Origin: Thelocarpon superellum | Lineage: Eukaryota | Length of the DNA: 38,264 nucleotides | Reading direction: 5' to 3' | NCBI GenBank assembly: GCA_026025795.1 | Contig: JAPEUG010000138.1 | Location: forward strand, 1-38,264 | Shown here: in pieces, positions 24,101 through 35,097 of the stretch | Numbering within the stretch: position 1 is the first letter of the stretch | How the letters are laid out: every line of letters begins with the position of its first letter | Notes under the pieces: model-generated | What the model saw: only the letters and a program-made list of their open reading frames with translations | Told to the model about the DNA's origin: nothing | The model's database searches: none | Made by a program: the position numbers and the translations under genes

Positions 24101-25205
24101 CTAACTCCGCCACAAAACCAGGTCTTCGCTATCCTCCCGCGGCCGCAGCTCGCCAATCTTCAGGTGTGGCGGCTCGTACACGAAGCCGGTCTCGCCCAAG
24201 CAACACGCGGCGCTGACGTAGGTGGTGTTGCAGGCACATCCCAAGATGGCCTGATCGCGCTTCTCCAGACTGCGACCCGATAGCGGCTTGCCGCACCGTT
24301 GCTGCGTGATGTACATGCCGACGGCCAACACGGCGCAGATGGAACAACCCGGATCGGCAACCTTGGCCTGAGGATTGGCATTGCTCACCACCTTGTCGGG
24401 CTTGCAGTCGGCGTCACTGGAACACGTCACGGGTTTGCAATGGCCCACCGCATCCGGCTGTGACGTGGTACCAGTGGTACCAGCAGTGTTGCTGTTTCCC
24501 GTGTCCACAGTGTCGACGGTGCTCTCGGTGGGATTACTTCCGGTCGTCCCGTGGGAACATGACTTGGGTGCGGCGCCGGCCGGGTCTTCAGACCAGGCGC
24601 ACGTGTTGAGCGTGTCAAAGCCACCACTGGAGGAGCCGGCGATGCTGCTGCCGCGACTGGAGGAACCCGCCACGCTGCTCCCGCCACCAGAGGAGCCCGC
24701 CGCGCCGCTCGCAGGGAGGTTGGAGGCCAATGAGCCGAGCCCGTGCGCAATCGATTCATCGTCGCTCTCGTCATCTGAGTCCTCCCAGGACCCCATGTTC
24801 TTGGTCGGTGCCGGCTCCACTTCCTCGCAGTGGCAATTTATCATGCAGAAGCTTTGGTAACCCGCGAAGGAAGGACGGCCGAATCCCGTGTCGTAGCAAT
24901 TGATGTCGTCCTCGCTGCTACACACGCAGCCGGCGTTCCCTTGGCCACACAGTTGCTTGGCCGATTCGTGTGGGTAGAATGATGGATAGTGGCTCTCGTC
25001 GCACACCAATTTCTGTTCCCACACGTCAGTGTTTGTCCCTCTGACCACCCGCAGGGCACAGAGGGAGGAGAAGAGGGAGTGGAACACCCAGGGAAGAGGC
25101 ACGAACCAGCTGCGGAGGCGGCGACCGTTGGGCGTGGAGAGGGGAGCCTCGTCCCAGCGTGGCCAGGACGAGCCAGAGTAGCAGGTGGCAGAAGAGAGGT
25201 AGCAT
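24101..25205 (-). CDS. Secreted modular cysteine-rich protein of unknown function, 336 aa
   Basis: Exon 25205-25107 encodes the signal peptide MLPLFCHLLLWLVLATLGRG. Intron GTTCGT...ACTGAC...CAG, then exon 25012-24101 in frame. Cys-rich modules are separated by acidic and Ser/Gly/Thr linkers. TATAA lies on the minus strand at 25333-25329. An in-frame ATG at 25223 is an alternative start. Confidence 0.82.
24621..24710 (-). repeat. Coding 30-bp tandem repeat x3 (10-aa Ser/Gly unit)
   Basis: Units 24621-24650, 24651-24680 and 24681-24710 encode SGAAGSSGGG / SSVAGSSSRG / SSIAGSSSGG. Confidence 0.85.
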
Positions 25206-26810
25206 CTTCGTCGTCGCCCACATGTACAAGACATCAACTGTGATGGTCCGGTCTATCCGCCACGAAAGGTCTTCACATAGATACAGATGGAGAACGAGAT
25301 CCCGGGAGAGGATGGCCACGCGACCGCCTTATACAGGCCACACGATCCCATGCAGCGGCCACGGCGACGGCAGTTGGTCCGCCATGCTGACGGTGCTATC
25401 CACCTCTGCCGACATCGTCGATGAGCGGTGCCGACTCCAGCAGTCCAGAGTTTCACTAACGTAAGTCGGATGGGGTGGCAGGATGGGCCGGATTCATGCT
25501 GAGTCTCCGCCGCTCTGGTGGGCAACGCGCAGCGCGCAGCGGACGAGACAAGCTCATACCATACGAGGATGGGAGTTGGCTGTGATCGTTATCTCTCGAG
25601 GAAGGTCTCGAGGGATGAAGGGAGGAAGGTCGGAAAGGGAGTGCGTAGTGTTTGGAGGGTGCAGATGATACGCATGGATCATGGAGAGGTCCTCCGCCGG
25701 GCGCTAGGGGAGTGCTGGCTGGCCACGGGGCGGCAGGAGCCTCAGCAGCAACAACAGCAGCGGCGTCCATGCGACCGCCACCCTCACACCGCCGGCCAGG
25801 CCCACGTCCCTGCCCCCGTCCATGCTGACGCGCCCATGCTTGGCGTGGGTGGCGTGGGCGTTGCTGCTCGTACCATGTCGGTGCCATTCGTCAGGGCGCG
25901 CGAGCCAAGTGAGCCAAATTATCCATGCGTTGCCACCAGGTGGAGCGTGAAGGGGCCCCATTGGTACTAGGGCGTGACATCCAGGCATGTGAAGGATCGT
26001 GATGGTTATCAGTTCACTGCCGACATTTGCCCTCACGTGGGATTTGGCTTTGGCAGGATTCCTTCCGCCATTGCGCAACTTGCCGCCCGCCTCCCCCAGG
26101 CTGGATGAGGCGTGAGGACCATCTACTAGCTGGACCACATGTGACCTGGGTCGAAGGTTGGAGGGAGGGAGTGGCATGAAACCGCACCCCCACCCTCGTT
26201 TCCCTCTCGTGCCCCCACCACCATCTGACCAATGAGAGCGGTGAGATTGGGGATGCCCATTGAACGATGACATGCAGAAATGCCAGGTGCGCGACGCTCA
26301 CCGGGACACCGATACCGGCACTTCTATCAGGACATCCAAGCCAGGAACCAGGCCAGGCACCATGCATACTTGACGTGCCCTAGCATCAGAGGCTTTATGC
26401 TTACGCGCATCCAGTGACTGATACTATCTTAGCACTAACCCAAGAGTACTGCGTGAGTAGTAAGAATCGCTGCCATGTTTCCGTTGACCGCCCACACGTC
26501 ATCGGACAGAGCCCGGCCGGCGGCTGTTACGTGTGTTCCTTCGCTTGAGCCGTGCATCACCCCCACTTCACGTCGATTGAACTTTGTTTGCATGCGTACC
26601 AGATCATCTATCCCTCGCGAAACGTGTCGTGACGGGCATCTAGTGGTCCGAACCAGCCTATCTCTCCATCTCCTGTTGTCTCTCCATCCGAGTCTCGTGC
26701 CTCGATGCCATGTCTGGTAGCATGGTCGAACATTGACGTCCCTTATCTCCCTCACCGCCGTCTTACCCCGACTCTACCAGCACGAACCCTGAACCATTGG
26801 CCGTGGCACC

Positions 26811-28179
26811 ATGTCCTTTACCACCAAAGCCACCATCGCGTCGTTTGGCGGCACGCTACTGAAGCTCAGCCATGATGCTGCTAGCACGGGCACGCCCATG
26901 GCCCTGAACCTGTACCTGCCACCGCAGGCCAGTACCACGCACAAGGTCCCGATCTTGTTCTATCTGGCCGGTCTGACCTGCACGGGAGACAATGGTTCCG
27001 AGAAGGGCTTCTTTCAGCATGCCGCCAGCAGGAAGGGGATCGCGATTGTCTATCCCGACACTAGTCCTCGTACGTCTCGACCCTTGAGTACTATTCTTTC
27101 CTCCCACCACATATAGCATGACACTGGTGTGGCGAGCAACGTGCTTCGTGCATTCGTCACAATGCCCTTGGAGACGAGCAGAGTATAATTGACGACATGA
27201 TGACCAGGCGGACTCCAGCACCCCGAGGAAGACGCCAGCTGGGACTTCGGCACGGGCGCCGGCTTCTACGTCGACGCGACCAAGGCGCCCTGGTCCACAG
27301 GATACAAGATGTACAGCTACATTACGGCGGAACTGCCGCGGCTTTTACCGAGTGCATTCCCACAGCTGGACAGCACCAGGGTGAGTATCATGGGTCACAG
27401 CATGGGTGGTCACGGCGCCTTGACAATGGTGAGTCCGCCGCCCGGAGGAACAGCACAGACGATGCTACAGGAGAATAGTGAGATGAAACAAAAGAAGACG
27501 ACTGACGAATACGGGGAAAGTAGTACCTTAAAAACCCACAACACTATAAGTCCGTGTCCGCATTCGCCCCCATCGCCAACCCGTCCAAGTGTCCCTGGGG
27601 TCAAAAGGCATTCGGGGGTTATTTCGGCGAAGACCAGGCGGCGCATGCCAAGTGGGCCGAACACGACGCCACGGAGCTGGTCAGGAGTTGGGATCTGAAG
27701 ACCGATGGACCGTTGAAGATTTTGATCGACGTGGTATGCCCCTCTATCTTTCTATCCTTGAACACGGCAACTCCTCTCTTGCGCACTTTCGGTCACGTAT
27801 AGTCAGGACTGTAATGAGAAGCTAACGGGCATGGTGGTCGTCGTGGGCATATAGGGCACGGCAGATGATTTCTACAAACAGGGCCAGCTCCTACCTGAGA
27901 ACTTCGTGGCTGCTGCCAAGGAAGCGGGTGTTGGTGATGGTGTGCGGTTTCGATTGCACGAGGTAACCGCCGCCTTATTCTTTGACTTTGACTCTAACTC
28001 ATACTCTCCTTTTCCCCGCCTCTCGACTTCCTTCTACTCCTCTTTCTCGTTCGCCCTTCTCGTCATGCTAATGGTAGCATGTTTCGGGGAAACGATAGGG
28101 CTACGATCACAGCTATTACTTCATGTCCTCGTTTGCAGACCAGCATGTCGAGCACGCCGCGAAGTACTTGTTGGCGTAG
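26811..28179 (+). CDS. S-formylglutathione hydrolase (esterase D family), 292 aa
   Basis: Exons 26811-27069, 27208-27428, 27524-27733, 27855-27962 and 28099-28179, total 879 nt. Motifs [23 protein letters not shown], nucleophile [23 protein letters not shown] and YDHSYYF. Confidence 0.97.
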
Positions 28180-28408
28180 CTTGGCATTATCCACCTTGGC
28201 TGCTCTGTCCTCTCCATTTCTATCTACTGCCTCTTTGGCTTCTCGATTTCCAACTGTGCAGATCTGGTGAGGGGGAGGAGAGCGGTCGTCAATGACGATG
28301 ACGATGGTGATGAGTTGATTGATTTGAGGGAGGAGAGGCGACGGCGTGTTGATGGTGAGATGACGACGTGATGCCGGTGACATGAAGTAGTGGAAGAGGG
28401 AGGATAGA

Positions 28409-31400
28409 TCAGCGTCGAGACTGCTGCACGAAAGTCTAAAAGGAATCAAGTCAGCTCTCATTACCCGCCCCCAAACCTCCCTGCAGCTCGTATACGCACC
28501 ACGAAAAACTGCCGAAACGCCCTGACATCTCTCGTCTGCAGATTCCTCAGATACTCCTCGACGACATCGCTGCCCGCCGCCAGCTGCAGGGACGGGAACC
28601 ACACGTCCTTGAGATACGACACGAACGCTGGCCCCGTCTTGGCGTAGATGGTCTTCTGGAGCGCCGCGGCCTCGCTGAGGACTTGGCGTGACTGTGCGTC
28701 TTTTGGGTTGAAGTCTGGGTTGCTGGCCAGCGCCCAGCATACGGGAGAGAGACGTGTGATCATGAACTCGGTGAAGCCTGGTAGTGTTGTCGTAGTGGGT
28801 GCGGAGGTCGAGGTGGAAGTGGTGGTGGAGGTGGTGGTGGTGGCGGTGTTGGTAGGGACGGCGGCGGCGGTCGTGGACGCAGTGTGGGCGGCGACGGTCC
28901 AATTCGGATTGGTGCCGTCTTCAATGGCCTGGTCGGGCCCTCCCCACTGCGACGCCATCTTGGTCAGAAGCGTGTACGCCAGCTTGGCCGTCGGCAGGTC
29001 CGTGCGGTCCTTGGCGAAATGCTCAATCGTCGACATGAGCGTCTCGAGACCGCTCTGGTTGGTGCTGCTGACCAGCACGGAGCCGAGGTCGTTGTTGAGC
29101 AGGATGAGGAGGAAGTTAAGATATTCGCGCCGCAATTCCGCCAGCTGGATCACATCGTCCGTGCCGCTCGTTGGCTCCGCTAGACCCGCGAACACGCGTT
29201 GCAGGAGCGGCGTCAGCAGCGAGTCGAGGATGTTGTAGATCTCCGTCTTGAAGTCATACACCACTTGGTCCAACAGGCGCAGGAACATGGCCATTTCGTC
29301 TTTGCTCGAGCTCTGCGAGAGCAGTCCGTCGATCCAGCGTGGGAGCTGGCCGAGGATCCGCGTCCCGAGCACCCCCACCAGGCGGGAGAAGGCGAACCGG
29401 GCCGCGGTCCGGACGCTCACGAACGACTTGAGCGACTCCAGCGTCACCAGGATCGCCTCCGCACCCTGCTCGAACGCTTCCGATACGCCGTGCGCCGGGG
29501 TGGATGTCCCGGCGGCCAGGTGTCGCGGCATCCAGTCGGAAAAGCCCCGCGCCAACGTGCCAAACGCCATGATGTCGTGATGGATCTGCAGCGCCGCACG
29601 CTCGTCGCCTTGTTTGGCGGAGCCTAAGTGCTGCTCAAGATCCGAGAAGAGCGGACTCGAGACCGACTTGATGTAAAAGACCTGCCGTTCGATGGGAACA
29701 GAGGAGACGGACGACATGCAGCCCACGGCTTCGAAGAGGTAGAGTTGGCTCGTAAAGGTGGCATCCTTCATCTGCTCGCTGTCGTCGGACGAGAGGTCCT
29801 CCTGGTCCCGGGACGACTTGGGAAGCTCGGAACGGATGACCAAGAGGTCACTGATCGCCTCAATCACCGTCTGCGCCACATCTCCCAAGTGCCCTCGGAG
29901 ATGCTTGACAAATCGGTGGAAGAGATACCACGACCGTGTCTTGACCCGGGGATGCGTGTGGTGCACGAGCTTGACAAAGGTTTCCAGCACGCGTGGGATG
30001 AACTGTGGGTTGCTCTCGAAGAAGGTGCAGTATCGCACGCAGATCTCCATGTATTGGAGTTGAATGGCTGGATGGGAATACGAGGCAATGTCCGACTCGA
30101 TCATCTTCTTCAACATCTCAATCAACCTCTCCGCCGCTGGGCCCGTCGGCTGATTCTTGACGTACAGCCCGCCATGCTTGACCGCGAGGTCGCCCAGCAG
30201 GAAGATCTCGTGCAGAGCCAGGTCGAGATCGCGCCAGTCCCCCTGCCCTTGCTGTTGCTCAAAGCGCGAAAAGGTCTCGAAGATGACAGTCTCCAGCACG
30301 CGGATGAAGAGCGGCTCGTCCGTGGCCGCCACGCCTTGTTGGAGCACCTGCAGTCGTTTGCGGAGTTCCTGAAACTCCGCCTCGTCCGTTTGCTCGTCCT
30401 GCTCGCCCCAGGAGGCCGTCTCATCGTACCTCAGCTTGAGGATGATGGCATTCAGGATGGAGGGGAGCATGGCGGCGTCGCGGGGGGCGAGGCTTCCCCT
30501 GGCTTTGGCTTGCTTACGGAGCAGGGCGACCAGGTCCGACAGGGCTGGGAGCACGGTGGAGCAGATTTCGTCGTACTCGTCAGTGAAGAAACGTAGCAGA
30601 TGCGGCAGGAAGATTTGCAAGAGCTCCTCCGCGCGCTGGTGCGTGTGTTCATTGACGCTTGCGTCCTCCACGGCGGTGATGATGTCGACCACTGTGTTGT
30701 TCACCAGCTTTGCCACCGTCTCGGCCAGGTCGGTCTCATATTGTGGTGTGGTGCGAAGCTCGTTCAGCGGCGGACTGAGGATCAGCTGTGCCACCACGCT
30801 CTCGAGGTTCAAGAAGACAATCATCTCCATCTTATCCGCCGCTTGCATCTTCTTGCCTACGACCTCGGTCAGGGTGTCGATGGCGGCGCTGCGGACAGGA
30901 TCACCGCCTTCGCCCGCATGGTTCTCCACGTTCCGGCCGACCAGAGGAAAGATCAGATTGAGCATGCCTTGGTTGATGACTAGGCCAATGTCGATCCAGC
31001 TGACCCAGCGGCCCACGACCTTCAAGCACATCTCCAACACCACGTCATTCCGATTCTGCCACCGCGATAGAAGCTCCAGCCATGACTGCGCCACCCTGGC
31101 CGCGTCGCGCTGCCGCACCAAGTCTTTGAGGAGGGTGTTCCGCTTCTGCTCGTCGGGCGTGTGGGGCACCAAGATGTCGGCGATCTCGTCGTGGACGGCG
31201 CCGGTGACGCGCAAGTACAGCACGACACCCGCCAACGAACCCACACCCGGCCCACCTCCATCCACAGGGATGGTCAATGCTAGAAAGTCGTCAAAGAATG
31301 CTTGCCAGTGCTCCGGATATAATGCGGTAAAGAGATAGGTGAGGGTCTGGGTGAATTTGTTCTGGATGCTGACGATGTCGACCCCGCCGCCGCCATCACT

Positions 31401-31691
31401 GTCTCCTCCAGCATAGACCCGACGCACGTATCCCATCAGGCTCTCCTTGACCTCCCGCATCCCGGCCTCATCCAACTGCCGGGTCTGAATGACATTATTG
31501 ACGACCTCGAGGGCAACGTGGCGCACGACGTCGGACAAGCGAGGCAAGCGGGTGAAGAGGGCGAGACAGACACGCCAGGCGGACGGGTCGCGGGGGAGTT
31601 GACTGAGGAAGGAGAGGGCCTGAGTTTTGAGATTCGGGTCGGCCGCGGGGTTCCAGGCGATCTCGATGGCATTCTGCACCTGTTCCTCCAT
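28409..31691 (-). CDS. LOS1: Exportin-T (tRNA export karyopherin), 1072 aa
   Basis: Exon 31691-28500, intron GTGCGT...GCTGAC...TAG, terminal exon 28435-28409 (TFVQQSRR*). Xpo1/importin-beta-like helical protein with VHDEIAD, LKDLVR, WVSWIDI, EAEFQELRKRL, RSWYLFHRF and SQLYLFEAVG motifs. Confidence 0.95.
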
Positions 31692-32393
31692 CGTGCACGA
31701 CCCGCGGTGACCCGCGGCAATCCCGCCAAATGGCGGAGATGCCGGGAGTCCGAATATACGTGTGGGGACGGCACTCTGCGCCTCTCCGATTCCCGTTACG
31801 CGATGTCACCGAGAGGTGGCGGCGAGCGAGGCGGTGAGCATGGATCCGGTCAGGAACGTTGTGAACTGGGAATCGGTGTCGGGACTCGTCAAGCCGAGGT
31901 GAGAGTAGATCAGCTTTTGGTTAAGGTAGTCCGTTCTCGGAGGTCAGGCGTGGTGCGCGACGAGCGGAGAGCTACGAGAATGAGGGGTACTCGTGGGTAC
32001 GGTTCTCTGGGGAGCTCGAGTTGAGTGACAATTTCATGCGCACGCAGAGACATTCGCTTTGCCCGTCGCCGGTTGCTACCTAGCCGTTCTCTGTGGCAGT
32101 GGTTGGAGAATTGGAGCCAGGTCACCGCGGGCAGAACTCCTGCACTAGCTTTGGGGTCGTGTGCCCCTCCAACGTTTCGCGTCATTCTTTGGAGCCGAGC
32201 CGGTCGGTTTTCAGGGATCTTTCACCCTTCAGCCAATTGGACGGGCGCATTCCAGTTATCCCGAGTCTTTTCACAGGCGGAGCCGAACCCGGTGGACTCC
32301 AAGCCACCATCCATACATCACGCTGTGCTGTCTACAGCTGACGTCCAACCTACTGTAGGTGGGTCCATAACAATCCTTGATGCCAGAACTATG

Positions 32394-34333
32394 TTACCGC
32401 TCTTCCTCATCTTTGCGGCGTAAGCGCTCCTCCTCTTCAAGGATTTGCTTTTCCATGGCCTCGAAGCCTGGGAGGCCGGCCCCATACGCCTCCCAGAGCC
32501 CCGCTTGGTAGCCATCGTGCACCTTCGTCACCGCGCCCTCCGGGTTCCACCGTGCACCGACCAAGTCCTCAAAGCTCTGGCCATCCGCTCGCTCGATTGC
32601 CCACACGGCTTTGTGCGCGGCACCGAGTGCACAGCCGCTGCCTCCTACATCCAGTCGACGGATCCCCTCGGTGCCCCCGAGGATCTCACCCACCGCCACG
32701 GTGATGGAGGCGTTCTGCGCCCCGCCACCCGTCAGATAGATTCGTCGGGGTTGAGCCGGTAGCAAGGACCTGTCAGCCCGATCCGACACCCCTGACCCCA
32801 CCAGCTTCTGACTGCGCAGGCGCAGCGAGAAGATCTGACTCTCGACAATCGCCCGGGCATCCCACAGCGGAAGTTGCCAGCCCTTGTCCGTCTGCGTTAA
32901 CGTGCCGGACGCGGGCGAGTAGGTGAAGCGCCACGTGCCGGCCCGCACGTTGGGCACGATCTCGGGCAGAGGAAAGTAGAGGCCCATCTTGATCGTGTCC
33001 GCCTCGTCTACCCGCAGCATGTGCGGCGTGGCGTGCATGGCTTCGCCGAATGAGGCCCACGAGTCCGTCTCACGCCCTTCGCCGGACTTCTCATCGGGTA
33101 GCGTGTCACGAATACGCTCACGTGCCAGTCCACCGTTTTTGTAGCAGAGCATGAACATATACAGTCCTGGGGTAGTGGGATGGGCCATGAAGTGGTACGA
33201 TGGGTCGGGGCGATAGTGAGGTGTGGACATGAGAAAGGTGGTGGAAGTCCCAAGCGACACGATCGCGTCCTGCGCCTTTAGCGGCGCGGAGAGGATGGAG
33301 CTTGGATTGTCGCCGGTGAAGGGAGCCACGGCGCAGTCTGCGGCAAATCCATACTTAGCCACAAACCAGGGCGCGATGACGCCGAGACGGCCACCGCCGT
33401 CCATGCGGACGTCCCCTAGCTTGCGGCGGAGATCCTCTGCTCCTTCGGCGCCCGCAGTCAGACGTAAGAGCGGCTCGTGCCACGCCCCGGCCTTTACGTC
33501 CCAGAGATTCATGCCACACACATCGCCGACGTCGATGGGTGCGATGTGGCCCAGGAAGATGGAGGCAAGAAACGACGAGACCAATGAGATGCGGGCCGTC
33601 GACCGATACACGTCTGGGTGCTGCGTCCGGAAACGAAGAATCTGCGGTCCCGTGAAGCGCTGGAACTCATCAGCAAGCATTCCTGACGATCAGACCCACG
33701 CCATGGGAGACGTACGTGATGAGCCTTGCTTCCCGTCACCTGGGCCAGGCGCTGGGGGTCACCGAGGTGTGCATCAAAGAGGTCACATTGATGCTGCGTG
33801 CTGGCGTCTTGCCAATTGGGGCTGCGGTCATGGGAGAGGGCGTGCGGGCTCAGCTGCTCTACCAAGCTCTTGGTGGGATTGAGATGCTGCAAGATGGACT
33901 CGGCCGACGCGTTCCAGTAGCTAGTCCATGGTCAATGGGACCCCTCCAGAATCCAAGGCACAACGGGGTCGACGTACACGCTGCCGTGTTGCTGGCCGGC
34001 TCCGCTGAGTCCTCGCAGCCGCTGGAAATCGAGCCCTTGGTCCTTCAGTCGTTGTAAAACCAGCTCGATAGCCTCGAGCCACATGGCGACTGGGGCCGTG
34101 ACCTCATGTTGCTCCTCGTTGACGAAGACTCCGTTTTGAACGCCGTAGTGGGGCAAGTCCCGATCAAAGTCCACGTTGACATCGTATGCGACCTTGAGAT
34201 TGGAGGAAATGGCAATGGCTAGATGAGAACTGGTCAATTGAGGTACGATCGAGGTGAAGAGGTGCCATCGCCTACCTTTGAGTTGCTGGGTAGACAGGTC
34301 GAAACCTAGGTAGAGGGCGTCCGTAGCCGCCAT
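32394..34333 (-). CDS. XKS1: D-xylulose kinase (FGGY family), 589 aa
   Basis: Exons 34333-34276, 34218-33978, 33920-33716 and 33659-32394, total 1770 nt. Motifs YLGFDLSTQQLK, SGAGQQHGSVYW, SPNWQD, GSKAHHRFTGPQI, TGDNP, SLGTSTT, MLCYKNGGLARE and FPLPEIVP. Confidence 0.97.
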
Positions 34334-35097
34334 GGCTGGAGGTGTGGGCAACGACTACAATAGGCTGTCACAAGCCAACACGAGAGTCCTCGGGCCGCGG
34401 AAATTCGCAATCATACATGCGGATACTGACCAAGCTTGCATCCCTTCGAGGTATGTATCTGTGTTCAGGTAGCGGCTGCCGATGTAGGGTCAATGGATTT
34501 ACGTGGTCGGTTGAAGCGATGCTCCTGTGCAAGTCTGAAGCTCCAAAACCAACATACGTCATAGGCTGTGCCGGGGTGATGCACGCCGTCCACTCGGCTT
34601 GACCTCCGCGCCCGCATCAGCCTACCTGCTGCTGGGACGTCGCCGATGAAGTATTGCTCGTACCAATGGGTGCAAGTTACGAGTTACGGGCAGGACTGCC
34701 GCAATCAGGACGATTTGGTCGAAAGCCTAGACGACTATTGGCCGACCCAGTGCTGGCCTTCCGTGCCGGGCGAGAAGCAGACCTAGCAATGCGAGCCGGA
34801 GCCTGCCGAATCACCTTCGCACTCTGCCAGGTTTCGCATTCGTGCGCACGACGGTGCCAATGCCCTGGGTGAAAATCGGTCGTCTGGAAACGTATCTCAT
34901 CGATCTGCGCCTCTTGGGATTCAGGTATCATGGCACTAAGGTCTTGCGCAAGTGCCTCTATCCACGCACCATGGCTACACCCAGGCCTCCATATCTTCCA
35001 TGTCACGACGCGAGAATTGCCGGTGACCAGACTCCGACGCCAACACCATTGATGCGATGCAGATGCCGATGCGATGAAGATGCCCGCCACCACTTAC

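Noticed and set aside
29628..31338. 322-aa and 300-aa plus-strand ORFs
   Set aside because: Antisense shadows of the exportin-T CDS.
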